From Lineus longissimus (Eukaryota): a stretch of 64,000 nucleotides of DNA. Where the stretch lies: positions 1,550,001 to 1,614,000 of the forward strand of contig NC_088308.1 of the NCBI RefSeq assembly GCF_910592395.1, given 5' to 3'. Below the pieces are notes generated by a model. It was not told the DNA's origin. It worked only from the letters and a program-made list of their open reading frames with translations, and searched no databases. Shown here piece after piece: positions 1 through 12,505 of the stretch (its first letter is position 1; each line of letters begins with the position of its first letter). Both the position numbers and the translations under genes were made by a program.

Positions 1-160
1 TTAAAAATCGAGGTCAGCAGGGTCAGCAATAAATAGTTTTGAAAGAAATAGTAGTTGGCGCCGATGATATCAGCAATATGGTGGATTTCCGCCCCACCCG
101 TGAGATTTGCTCTCGTCACGTCATGAGCACAATGAACTGCTTGTGAACTGTGCAGAATAT

Positions 161-278
161 GGGTGATATGAATAAAGACTAGGAAATGCTTTTATCTAAA
201 TCTCCATGTACATTTACACTAGGCCTTCCTGTACAAAACCGGAGTAAAAGCATTTGCTAGTCTTTATTCATATCACCC
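161..278 (+). mobile_element. 118-bp MITE (PIF/Harbinger-like, GGGTG..CACCC TIR) in monomer 1
   Basis: ~34-bp TIR gggtgatatgaataaagactag(g/c)aaatgctttta. Absent from monomers 3,4,7,8,9, with a net +121 bp (118 + 3-bp TSD-sized). Confidence 0.85.
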
Positions 279-966
279 AATGTATCGGCTACCGCTCTCT
301 CCATCATTACCGACGATATGTGCCGGTGCCGGTCGTACTAGGTCGTTTCAATGAAAGAGACGCACGCCACTGCCGCACCGGTACCTGAGAAAACTTGCCG
401 ATTTAGGCAGATTTGCGATGATTGAAACAATACATCTACCTCCTAGTTCATGTATTCTCATATGACAAACCCAGTGGACATATAGCCTGAACTAACATGC
501 AGCGATCGTTAAAACTTATACGTGTGTACCTATTGTATACATCAGATAGCGCTCGAGCGTGCGACTACTGACTATTGGAGTTGCTTGGCGTTAGAAGTAG
601 GAACTAGATATAATTGGACCAATATGTCAACGACCGGCGTACCCCTTTAACCATCCAGGCACCAGTGGTTTTCAATATCCTCCCACGCCTCCCGATATGA
701 CGAAGGAGTATAAAAAGCCTGAAGCTCAGGGTGCCCTTTGACTAATTCTGATTGGAAAAGTCACGGTCCGACACTAATATTTTTTTGCCCCGATGCATCC
801 TCGAAAATACCAGCTGCCGATTCGAACCATCCTCGGTAGTACTCGAACGCTCGGAATCAGTTTGGATGCGGGGTATGATAATGATAATAATGAAAATGTT
901 GACATCTTGTACATGGATGATCAGATAACAAGATGAGGAAGAAGAAAAAAAGAAAAAAGCTGCGGC

Positions 967-1038
967 AGATTCACCGGGAGTCGAACCCGTGACCAGCCGA
1001 TCCACAGTCAAACACTCTTGGCGCTGAACCGTCAAGGC
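967..1038 (-). pseudogene. tRNA-derived (pseudo-tRNA / SINE-head-like) unit, monomer 1
   Basis: Minus strand GCCTTGACGGTTCAGCGCCAAGAGTGTTTGACTGTGGATCGGCTGGTCACGGGTTCGACTCCCGGTGAATCT has an intact B box GGTTCGACTCC, a D-stem, anticodon loop CTGTGGA and a poorly paired acceptor stem, followed by an oligo-T tract. Confidence 0.7.
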
Positions 1039-1433
1039 TTTCATGCTGTGTTGGTGATTTTATTCGCCTCTTATATGCGGTATGCAAACGAGCGCGCCGC
1101 AATTGTGACAGGGTCTCGCAGGTGGCAGAGTACTTTGCCGAAATAGTTCCAAGTAATCGTATATTTCGATAGTTGTACAGATTTTTCTCAACATATCGTA
1201 TTTATATACCTCAGTGATATTAATGATTATCTTTGCAGTTGATTTAACGTTTTAATTGCCGTTTTTAAAGTTTTTAAAAATCGAGGTCAGCAGGGTCAGC
1301 AATAAGTAGTTTTGAAAGAAATAGTAGTTGGCGCCGATGATATCAGCAATATGGTGGATTTCCGCCCCACCCGTGAGATTTGCTCTCGTCACGTCATGAG
1401 CACAATGAACTGCTTGTGAACTATGCAGAATAT

Positions 1434-1551
1434 GGGTGATATGAATAAAGACTAGGAAATGCTTTTATCTAAATCTCCATGTACATTTACACTAGGCCTT
1501 CCTGTACAAAACCGGAGTAAAAGCATTTGCTAGTCTTTATTCATATCACCC
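1434..1551 (+). mobile_element. 118-bp MITE copy in monomer 2
   Basis: Same sequence as 161-278. Confidence 0.85.
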
Positions 1552-2254
1552 AATGTATCGGCTACCGCTCTCTCCATCATTACCGACGATATGTGCCGGT
1601 GCCGGTCGTACGAGGTCGTTTCAATGAAAGAGACGCACGCCACTGCCGCACCGGTACCTGAGAAAACTTGCCGATTTAGGCAGATTTGCGATGATTGAAA
1701 CAATACATCTACCTCCTAGTCCATGTATTCTCATATGACAAACCCAGTGGACATATAGCCTGAACTAACATGCAGCGATCGTTAAAACTTATACGTGTGT
1801 ACCTATTGTATACATCAGATAGCGCTCGAGCGTGCGACTACTGACTATTGGAGTTGCTTGGCGTTAGAAGTAGGAACTAGATATAATTGGACCAATATGT
1901 CAACGACCGGCGTACCCCTTTAACCATCCAGGCACCAGTGGTTTTCAATATCCTCCCACGCCTCCCGATATGACGAAGGAGTATAAAAAGCCTGAAGCTC
2001 AGGGTGCCCTTTGACTAATTCTGATTGGAAAAGTCACGGTCCGACACTAATATTTTTTTGCCCCGATGCATCCTCGAAAATACCAGCTGCCGATTCGAAC
2101 CATCCTCGGTAGTACTCGAACGCTCGGAATCAGTATAATATGCTGCAGTTTGGATGCGGGGTATGATAATGATAATAATGAAAATGTTGACATCTTGTAC
2201 ATGGATGATTAGATAACAAGATAAGGAAGAAGAAAAAAAGAAAAAAGCTGCGGC

Positions 2255-2326
2255 AGATTCACCGGGAGTCGAACCCGTGACCAGCCGATCCACAGTCAAA
2301 CACTCTTGGCGCTGAACCGTCAAGGC
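2255..2326 (-). pseudogene. tRNA-derived unit, monomer 2
   Basis: Copy of 967-1038. Confidence 0.7.
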
Positions 2327-3421
2327 TTTCATGCTGTGTTGGTGATTTTATTCGCCTCTTATATGCGGTATGCAAACGAGCGCGCCGCAATTGTGACAGG
2401 GTCTCGCAGGTGGCAGAGTACTTTGCCGAAATAGTTCCAAGTAATCGTATATTTCGATAGTTGTACAGATTTTTCTCAACATATCGTATTTATATACCTC
2501 AGTGATATTAATGATTATCTTTGCAGTTGATTTAACGTTTTAATTGCCGTTTTTAAAGTTTTTAAAAATCGAGGTCAGCAGGGTCAGCAATAAGTAGTTT
2601 TGAAAGAAATAGTAGTTGGCGCCGATGATATCAGCAATATGGTGGATTTCCGCCCCACCCGTGAGATTTGCTCTCGTCACGTCATGAGCACAATGAACTG
2701 CTTGTGAACTATGCAGAATATGTATCGGCTACCGCTCTCTCCATCATTACCGACGATATGTGCCGGTGCCGGTCGTACGAGGTCGTTTCAATGAAAGAGA
2801 CGCACGCCACTGCCGCACCGGTACCTGAGAAAACTTGCCGATTTAGGCAGATTTGCGATGATTGAAACAATACATCTACCTCCTAGTTCATGTATTCTCA
2901 TATGACAAACCCAGTGGACATATAGCCTGAACTAACATGCAGCGATCGTTAAAACTTATACGTGTGTACCTATTGTATACATCAGATAGCGCTCGAGCGT
3001 GCGACTACTGACTATTGGAGTTGCTTAGCGTTAGAAGTAGGAACTAGATATAATTGGACCAATATGTCAACGACCGGCGTACCCCTTTAACCATCCAGGC
3101 ACCAGTGGTTTTCAATATCCTCCCACGCCTCCCGATATGACGAAGGAGTATAAAAAGCCTGAAGCTCAGGGTGCCCTTTGACTAATTCTGATTGGAAAAG
3201 TCACGGTCCGACACTAATATTTTTTTGCCCCGATGCATCCTCGAAAATACCAGCTGCCGATTCGAACCATCCTCGGTAGTACTCGAACGCTCGGAATCAG
3301 TATAATATGCTGCAGTTTGGATGCGGGGTATGATAATGATAATAATGAAAATGTTGACATCTTGTACATGGATGATTAGATAACAAGATGAGGAAGAAGA
3401 AAAAAAGAAAAAAGCTGCGGC

Positions 3422-3493
3422 AGATTCACCGGGAGTCGAACCCGTGACCAGCCGATCCACAGTCAAACACTCTTGGCGCTGAACCGTCAAGGC
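3422..3493 (-). pseudogene. tRNA-derived unit, monomer 3
   Basis: Copy of 967-1038. Confidence 0.7.
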
Positions 3494-4588
3494 TTTCATG
3501 CTGTGTTGGTGATTTTATTCGCCTCTTATATGCGGTATGCAAACGAGCGCGCCGCAATTGTGACAGGGTCTCGCAGGTGGCAGAGTACTTTGCCGAAATA
3601 GTTCCAAGTAATCGTATATTTCGATAGTTGTACAGATTTTTCTCAACATTTCGTATTTATATACCTCAGTGATATTAATGATTATCTTTGCAGTTGATTT
3701 AACGTTTTAATTGCCGTTTTTAAAGTTTTTAAAAATCGAGGTCAGCAGGGTCAGCAATAAATAGTTTTGAAAGAAATAGTAGTTGGCGCCGATGATATCA
3801 GCAATATGGTGGATTTCCGCCCCACCCGTGAGATTTGCTCTCGTCACGTCATGAGCACAATGAACTGCTTGTGAACTATGCAGAATATGTATCGGCTACC
3901 GCTCTCTCCATCATTACCGACGATATGTGCCGGTGCCGGTCGTACGAGGTCGTTTCAATGAAAGAGACGCACGCCACTGCCGCACCGGTACCTGAGAAAA
4001 CTTGCCGATTTAGGCAGATTTGCGATGATTGAAACAATACATCTACCTCCTAGTTCATGTATTCTCATATGACAAACCCAGTGGACATATAGCCTGAACT
4101 AACATGCAGCGATCGTTAAAACTTATACGTGTGTACCTATTGTATACATCAGATAGCGCTCGAGCGTGCGACTACTGACTATTGGAGTTGCTTGGCGTTA
4201 GAAGTAGGAACTAGATATAATTGGACCAATATGTCAACGACCGGCGTACCCCTTTAACCATCCAGGCACCAGTGGTTTTCAATATCCTCCCACGCCTCCC
4301 GATATGCCGAAGGAGTATAAAAAGCCTGAAGCTCAGGGTGCCCTTTGACTAATTCTGATTGGAAAAGTCACGGTCCGACACTAATATTTTTTTGCCCCGA
4401 TGCATCCTCGAAAATACCAGCTGCCGATTCGAACCATCCTCGGTAGTACTCGAACGCTCGGAATCAGTATAATATGCTGCAGTTTGGATGCGGGGTATGA
4501 TAATGATAATAATGAAAATGTTGACATCTTGTACATGGATGATTAGATAACAAGATAAGGAAGAAGAAAAAAAGAAAAAAGCTGCGGC

Positions 4589-4660
4589 AGATTCACCGGG
4601 AGTCGAACCCGTGACCAGCCGATCCACAGTCAAACACTCTTGGCGCTGAACCGTCAAGGC
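4589..4660 (-). pseudogene. tRNA-derived unit, monomer 4
   Basis: Copy of 967-1038. Confidence 0.7.
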
Positions 4661-5055
4661 TTTCATGCTGTGTTGGTGATTTTATTCGCCTCTTATATGC
4701 GGTATGCAAACGAGCGCGCCGCAATTGTGACAGGGTCTCGCAGGTGGCAGAGTACTTTGCCGAAATAGTTCCAAGTAATCGTATATTTCGATAGTTGTAC
4801 AGATTTTTCTCAACATATCGTATTTATATACCTCAGTGATATTAATGATTATCTTTGCAGTTGATTTAACGTTTTAATTGCCGTTTTTAAAGTTTTTAAA
4901 AATCGAGGTCAGCAGGGTCAGCAATAAATAGTTTTGAAAGAAATAGTAGTTGGCGCCGATGATATCAGCAATATGGTGGATTTCCGCCCCACCCGTGAGA
5001 TTTGCTCTCGTCACGTCATGAGCACAATGAACTGCTTGTGAACTGTGCAGAATAT

Positions 5056-5173
5056 GGGTGATATGAATAAAGACTAGGAAATGCTTTTATCTAAATCTCC
5101 ATGTACATTTACACTAGGCCTTCCTGTACAAAACCGGAGTAAAAGCATTTGCTAGTCTTTATTCATATCACCC
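5056..5173 (+). mobile_element. 118-bp MITE copy in monomer 5
   Basis: Same sequence as 161-278. Confidence 0.85.
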
Positions 5174-5861
5174 AATGTATCGGCTACCGCTCTCTCCATC
5201 ATTACCGACGATATGTGCCGGTGCCGGTCGTACGAGGTCGTTTCAATGAAAGAGACGCACGCCACTGCCGCACCGGTACCTGAGAAAACTTGCCGATTTA
5301 GGCAGATTTGCGATGATTGAAACAATACATCTACCTCCTAGTTCATGTATTCTCATATGACAAACCCAGTGGACATATAGCCTGAACTAACATGCAGCGA
5401 TCGTTAAAACTTATACGTGTGTACCTATTGTATACATCAGATAGCGCTCGAGCGTGCGACTACTGACTATTGGAGTTGCTTGGCGTTAGAAGTAGGAACT
5501 AGATATAATTGGACCAATATGTCAACGACCGGCGTACCCCTTTAACCATCCAGGCACCAGTGGTTTTCAATATCCTCCCACGCCTCCCGATATGCCGAAG
5601 GAGTATAAAAAGCCTGAAGCTCAGGGTGCCCTTTGACTAATTCTGATTGGAAAAGTCACGGTCCGACACTAATATTTTTTTGCCCCGATGCATCCTCGAA
5701 AATACCAGCTGCCGATTCGAACCATCCTCGGTAGTACTCGAACGCTCGGAATCAGTTTGGATGCGGGGTATGATAATGATAATAATGAAAATGTTGACAT
5801 CTTGTACATGGATGATCAGATAACAAGATGAGGAAGAAGAAAAAAAGAAAAAAGCTGCGGC

Positions 5862-5933
5862 AGATTCACCGGGAGTCGAACCCGTGACCAGCCGATCCAC
5901 AGTCAAACACTCTTGGCGCTGAACCGTCAAGGC
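5862..5933 (-). pseudogene. tRNA-derived unit, monomer 5
   Basis: Copy of 967-1038. Confidence 0.7.
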
Positions 5934-6328
5934 TTTCATGCTGTGTTGGTGATTTTATTCGCCTCTTATATGCGGTATGCAAACGAGCGCGCCGCAATTG
6001 TGACAGGGTCTCGCAGGTGGCAGAGTACTTTGCCGAAATAGTTCCAAGTAATCGTATATTTCGATAGTTGTACAGATTTTTCTCAACATATCGTATTTAT
6101 ATACCTCAGTGATATTAATGATTATCTTTGCAGTTGATTTAACGTTTTAATTGCCGTTTTTAAAGTTTTTAAAAATCGAGGTCAGCAGGGTCAGCAATAA
6201 GTAGTTTTGAAAGAAATAGTAGTTGGCGCCGATGATATCAGCAATATGGTGGATTTCCGCCCCACCCGTGAGATTTGCTCTCGTCACGTCATGAGCACAA
6301 TGAACTGCTTGTGAACTATGCAGAATAT

Positions 6329-6446
6329 GGGTGATATGAATAAAGACTAGGAAATGCTTTTATCTAAATCTCCATGTACATTTACACTAGGCCTTCCTGT
6401 ACAAAACCGGAGTAAAAGCATTTGCTAGTCTTTATTCATATCACCC
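6329..6446 (+). mobile_element. 118-bp MITE copy in monomer 6
   Basis: Same sequence as 161-278. Confidence 0.85.
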
Positions 6447-7149
6447 AATGTATCGGCTACCGCTCTCTCCATCATTACCGACGATATGTGCCGGTGCCGG
6501 TCGTACGAGGTCGTTTCAATGAAAGAGACGCACGCCACTGCCGCACCGGTACCTGAGAAAACTTGCCGATTTAGGCAGATTTGCGATGATTGAAACAATA
6601 CATCTACCTCCTAGTCCATGTATTCTCATATGACAAACCCAGTGGACATATAGCCTGAACTAACATGCAGCGATCGTTAAAACTTATACGTGTGTACCTA
6701 TTGTATACATCAGATAGCGCTCGAGCGTGCGACTACTGACTATTGGAGTTGCTTGGCGTTAGAAGTAGGAACTAGATATAATTGGACCAATATGTCAACG
6801 ACCGGCGTACCCCTTTAACCATCCAGGCACCAGTGGTTTTCAATATCCTCCCACGCCTCCCGATATGACGAAGGAGTATAAAAAGCCTGAAGCTCAGGGT
6901 GCCCTTTGACTAATTCTGATTGGAAAAGTCACGGTCCGACACTAATATTTTTTTGCCCCGATGCATCCTCGAAAATACCAGCTGCCGATTCGAACCATCC
7001 TCGGTAGTACTCGAACGCTCGGAATCAGTATAATATGCTGCAGTTTGGATGCGGGGTATGATAATGATAATAATGAAAATGTTGACATCTTGTACATGGA
7101 TGATTAGATAACAAGATAAGGAAGAAGAAAAAAAGAAAAAAGCTGCGGC

Positions 7150-7221
7150 AGATTCACCGGGAGTCGAACCCGTGACCAGCCGATCCACAGTCAAACACTC
7201 TTGGCGCTGAACCGTCAAGGC
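7150..7221 (-). pseudogene. tRNA-derived unit, monomer 6
   Basis: Copy of 967-1038. Confidence 0.7.
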
Positions 7222-8316
7222 TTTCATGCTGTGTTGGTGATTTTATTCGCCTCTTATATGCGGTATGCAAACGAGCGCGCCGCAATTGTGACAGGGTCTC
7301 GCAGGTGGCAGAGTACTTTGCCGAAATAGTTCCAAGCAATCGTATATTTCGATAGTTGTACAGATTTTTCTCAACATATCGTATTTATATACCTCAGTGA
7401 TATTAATGATTATCTTTGCAGTTGATTTAACGTTTTAATTGCCGTTTTTAAAGTTTTTAAAAATCGAGGTCAGCAGGGTCAGCAATAAGTAGTTTTGAAA
7501 GAAATAGTAGTTGGCGCCGATGATATCAGCAATATGGTGGATTTCCGCCCCACCCGTGAGATTTGCTCTCGTCACGTCATGAGCACAATGAACTGCTTGT
7601 GAACTATGCAGAATATGTATCGGCTACCGCTCTCTCCATCATTACCGACGATATGTGCCGGTGCCGGTCGTACGAGGTCGTTTCAATGAAAGAGACGCAC
7701 GCCACTGCCGCACCGGTACCTGAGAAAACTTGCCGATTTAGGCAGATTTGCGATGATTGAAACAATACATCTACCTCCTAGTTCATGTATTCTCATATGA
7801 CAAACCCAGTGGACATATAGCCTGAACTAACATGCAGCGATCGTTAAAACTTATACGTGTGTACCTATTGTATACATCAGATAGCGCTCGAGCGTGCGAC
7901 TACTGACTATTGGAGTTGCTTAGCGTTAGAAGTAGGAACTAGATATAATTGGACCAATATGTCAACGACCGGCGTACCCCTTTAACCATCCAGGCACCAG
8001 TGGTTTTCAATATCCTCCCACGCCTCCCGATATGACGAAGGAGTATAAAAAGCCTGAAGCTCAGGGTGCCCTTTGACTAATTCTGATTGGAAAAGTCACG
8101 GTCCGACACTAATATTTTTTTGCCCCGATGCATCCTCGAAAATACCAGCTGCCGATTCGAACCATCCTCGGTAGTACTCGAACGCTCGGAATCAGTATAA
8201 TATGCTGCAGTTTGGATGCGGGGTATGATAATGATAATAATGAAAATGTTGACATCTTGTACATGGATGATTAGATAACAAGATGAGGAAGAAGAAAAAA
8301 AGAAAAAAGCTGCGGC

Positions 8317-8388
8317 AGATTCACCGGGAGTCGAACCCGTGACCAGCCGATCCACAGTCAAACACTCTTGGCGCTGAACCGTCAAGGC
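8317..8388 (-). pseudogene. tRNA-derived unit, monomer 7
   Basis: Copy of 967-1038. Confidence 0.7.
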
Positions 8389-9483
8389 TTTCATGCTGTG
8401 TTGGTGATTTTATTCGCCTCTTATATGCGGTATGCAAACGAGCGCGCCGCAATTGTGACAGGGTCTCGCAGGTGGCAGAGTACTTTGCCGAAATAGTTCC
8501 AAGTAATCGTATATTTCGATAGTTGTACAGATTTTTCTCAACATTTCGTATTTATATACCTCAGTGATATTAATGATTATCTTTGCAGTTGATTTAACGT
8601 TTTAATTGCCGTTTTTAAAGTTTTTAAAAATCGAGGTCAGCAGGGTCAGCAATAAATAGTTTTGAAAGAAATAGTAGTTGGCGCCGATGATATCAGCAAT
8701 ATGGTGGATTTCCGCCCCACCCGTGAGATTTGCTCTCGTCACGTCATGAGCACAATGAACTGCTTGTGAACTATGCAGAATATGTATCGGCTACCGCTCT
8801 CTCCATCATTACCGACGATATGTGCCGGTGCCGGTCGTACGAGGTCGTTTCAATGAAAGAGACGCACGCCACTGCCGCACCGGTACCTGAGAAAACTTGC
8901 CGATTTAGGCAGATTTGCGATGATTGAAACAATACATCTACCTCCTAGTTCATGTATTCTCATATGACAAACCCAGTGGACATATAGCCTGAACTAACAT
9001 GCAGCGATCGTTAAAACTTATACGTGTGTACCTATTGTATACATCAGATAGCGCTCGAGCGTGCGACTACTGACTATTGGAGTTGCTTGGCGTTAGAAGT
9101 AGGAACTAGATATAATTGGACCAATATGTCAACGACCGGCGTACCCCTTTAACCATCCAGGCACCAGTGGTTTTCAATATCCTCCCACGCCTCCCGATAT
9201 GACGAAGGAGTATAAAAAGCCTGAAGCTCAGGGTGCCCTTTGACTAATTCTGATTGGAAAAGTCACGGTCCGACACTAATATTTTTTTGCCCCGATGCAT
9301 CCTCGAAAATACCAGCTGCCGATTCGAACCATCCTCGGTAGTACTCGAACGCTCGGAATCAGTATAATATGCTGCAGTTTGGATGCGGGGTATGATAATG
9401 ATAATAATGAAAATGTTGACATCTTGTACATGGATGATTAGATAACAAGATAAGGAAGAAGAAAAAAAGAAAAAAGCTGCGGC

Positions 9484-9555
9484 AGATTCACCGGGAGTCG
9501 AACCCGTGACCAGCCGATCCACAGTCAAACACTCTTGGCGCTGAACCGTCAAGGC
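9484..9555 (-). pseudogene. tRNA-derived unit, monomer 8
   Basis: Copy of 967-1038. Confidence 0.7.
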
Positions 9556-10073
9556 TTTCATGCTGTGTTGGTGATTTTATTCGCCTCTTATATGCGGTAT
9601 GCAAACGAGCGCGCCGCAATTGTGACAGGGTCTCGCAGGTGGCAGAGTACTTTGCCGAAATAGTTCCAAGTAATCGTATATTTCGATAGTTGTACAGATT
9701 TTTCTCAACATATCGTATTTATATACCTCAGTGATATTAATGATTATCTTTGCAGTTGATTTAACGTTTTAATTGCCGTTTTTAAAGTTTTTAAAAATCG
9801 AGGTCAGCAGGGTCAGCAATAAATAGTTTTGAAAGAAATAGTAGTTGGCGCCGATGATATCAGCAATATGGTGGATTTCCGCCCCACCCGTGAGATTTGC
9901 TCTCGTCACGTCATGAGCACAATGAACTGCTTGTGAACTATGCAGAATATGTATCGGCTACCGCTCTCTCCATCATTACCGACGATATGTGCCGGTGCCG
10001 GTCGTACGAGGTCGTTTCAATGAAAAAGACTCACGCTAAAAAAGAAAGGAAGAAAAATGGAGAAAACTGCGGC

Positions 10074-10123
10074 AGATTCACCGGGAATCGATCCCGTGAC
10101 CAGCCGATCCACAGTCAAACACT
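10074..10123 (-). pseudogene. 5'-truncated, diverged tRNA-derived unit at the array border
   Basis: agattcaccgggaatcgatcccgtgaccagccgatccacagtcaaacact; B box altered to GGATCGATTCC, D-arm side missing. Confidence 0.65.
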
Positions 10124-10145
10124 ATTATTTCTCAATCAGTCGTAT

Positions 10146-10648
10146 GGGCGATTTAACGTCCATTGGACAGCCCTCGTCTGAAGTGATGGACAAGAAAAGC
10201 CAATGCTAGCTGATCAGGCCTCTTTGGGAGACATTTATATGAGTTTGCAATTCATGTCTTACTGGCGATTTAGCGTCCATTGGACGGCAGCGTCCGTCAA
10301 AGAGATAAAGAGAAACCAGATTCAAACAGACTAAAGTATGAGATGTTATATATGGACGATTTAGCGGCCATAATGAATGCTTTTGGAGAAAAGTAGCAGC
10401 GTCCGTGAAAGAGATGCTTAGAGATCTGATTCAAACAGTCAAAGTCTTATGGACGATTTAGCGTCCATTGGATGCTTTTGGAGAAAAGTTACTTCTTTGG
10501 CACCACTTCCTACAGTGTCCGCAACGGACGGCAACGTCGAAGAGACGTAGGCCAGGAAAAACTGATATGAACAGTTTATGGTCTTCACTGGCGATTAAGC
10601 ATCCTTAGGATGCTTTTGAAACCAACACACGATTTTAACGTCCGTTGG
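10146..10648. repeat. Degenerate ~100-bp tandem repeat
   Basis: Motif gRcgatttagcgtccattgga (often followed by tgcttttggagaaaagt) recurs near 10146, 10263, 10353, 10451, 10589 and 10629. Confidence 0.65.
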
Positions 10649-12505
10649 TCTTTGGCCGGTCCTTGTACCTCTGCGTAAGGTGATGAGCGTTCACATCAGT
10701 CATCGCGGTAAACCTCGTCCGTACGGTTATCCGCAGAAAAAAGCACATGCGCCACTTGTCCTAAATGTTGACTCTGATGCAAAACCACCCCCAAGTCCCA
10801 AGGAGCAAAACGACTACGATTTGGAGCAAAACGACTGAGGGCGAAAACGTCATGAAGCGAAACGACCGCAATTCAAAAATACACATGTAGCACATCCAGG
10901 TGGCAGTTTACGGTAGGGGTAGTCGTGTTGTCACAACCTGTCTTCGGAGGTCAAGACAATAGTCTAGCCAATATTCATGAATGGGATATGCAAACAATAG
11001 CCACGCCTAATGGACATTAGGCAAAACACAATGGGAGGAATAGGAGAATAGTCGCAAATAAACTTGTCTGTCTGACTAAGATAGTGAAATTGCAGCAAAA
11101 CAACAACGAAAAACATTTTAAATCAAATACTAGTGTTGACATTACATTTATTAATTTCCAATCAACCAAGAGACATAAAAAATGCACATATTGAGAAAAA
11201 TACTTTTAGAAATATATTATCAATGAACAGTTTCGAGAAAATTACTATTTGAAAACAGGTAGAACTGGTGCAAGGCAATCCATCTGGCCATCAGAATAGT
11301 CTTTCAAAGCATTTTCAGTCTATGGACTTAGACTCAAGACAACCTTGTTTTACCAATGCCATGGGTATATAAAGGTGGGCCAAAGGCGTCCCACTGCAGC
11401 CCCAAGTGAGTAAGCATGTAGTAGCATGATGAGAATATCACACAAAATGAAGGATAGTTAATGGAAAAAAATTGCACCGAATCCTATGTTTGAAAAATCA
11501 TAAGTTAGAGCTACTTTAAATACTTCACAAATTCAAGATAATGCCTATACATTTCCTAATACGTACACATGTAGTCATACATGTATCTACATCTAAAATC
11601 TAAAAGGTCAGATACACAGTATTTTGAAATAAATTCCCTAGATCCCCCAACTTTGCCGGTTAACGGTATCCCACTACCAGCAGACTCTACGCCTCTAGTG
11701 ACTTTGAACAATCTGTGCCAACAACAACAAAATTTGATTGTGGAACTTGGAAGACCTTTGAGCAGTACAAACAAAATGATGTCACATTTTGAGTCGGTTT
11801 ACAATCATAAATCAATGCTACATGTATGATGAAAAGTACACAACATCAAAAACATGCGAGTTGATTTGGACGGAACTTTCTCTCTGTTATACAAAGTTTA
11901 CAAGTGCTTACAAATTGGTCGCTCCAACCTACTGCATTTTTGTCAACAAATATAAATTCTCTCTTGGTATGTGAATCAAAGTCTGATATGCATTCTCTTT
12001 TAATACATGGTATGATTTGCCAGATGTAAACATTTGGAATTAAAAACTAGAAGTACCCACAGATAGCTTAGGGCCAATACATTTGTATCATAAGAATTTG
12101 GAAAACACCCAACAACGTTCACATAGACATGGGCCCGGGGTTGCTAAATTGGCATTAGCAATAATGCTGATGCCTAATATTAAGGCTACTCATGTAAATT
12201 GAATTTGTTGAAGGAAACAATGCTTAGCTGGGCTAATGCTGCCATTTGTCTCAAACGCTGATTGAGCAAAATAATGTTTTAATCTTCTCAGTGACCAACT
12301 GTTTCGCCTTCTCCAGGAAGGGGTCAGCCTTGGTCACATACCAGTAAATCAATCGGAGGCAGTTACCAGCATCAATTAAAACAAAGTGCCAATCATTCAG
12401 CTGTTGTTAGAGTACACGCATTCAATCAAGAACATGAAAGATTCACAGATAGAAAGTTTTTGAGTGCGTCATTGCTCTGTCTCTATCTCTACTCGTTCAA
12501 TTCTC

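Larger units (their letters stand above)
1..10036. repeat. Tandem satellite-like array, ~1.2-kb monomer, 4-mer higher-order repeat (4895 bp x2 plus partial monomer); runs off window start
   Basis: Marker ttaaaaatcgaggtcagcagg recurs at 1, 1274, 2562, 3729, 4896, 6169, 7457, 8624 and 9791, giving unit lengths 1273,1288,1167,1167,1273,1288,1167,1167. Length differences are explained by a 121-bp MITE insertion and a 15-bp indel. Confidence 0.97.

Noticed and set aside
484..865. Academ-like MITE inside the monomer (TAGCCTGA...TCAGTATA)
   Set aside because: Only a 6/8 terminal match and no TSD; not supportable.
967..1038. Functional tRNA-His(GTG) gene cluster
   Set aside because: Acceptor stem is mostly unpaired, U8 and the D-loop GG are missing, the sequence is unlike eukaryotic tRNA-His, and the anticodon differs in the related copy.
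742..9561. Repeated 100/105-aa ORF MKALTVQRQECL... and 65-aa ORF MLSSRHEH...
   Set aside because: Translations of the tRNA-like unit and low-complexity tracts in a tandem repeat; no domain signal, and the dispersed copy is disrupted.
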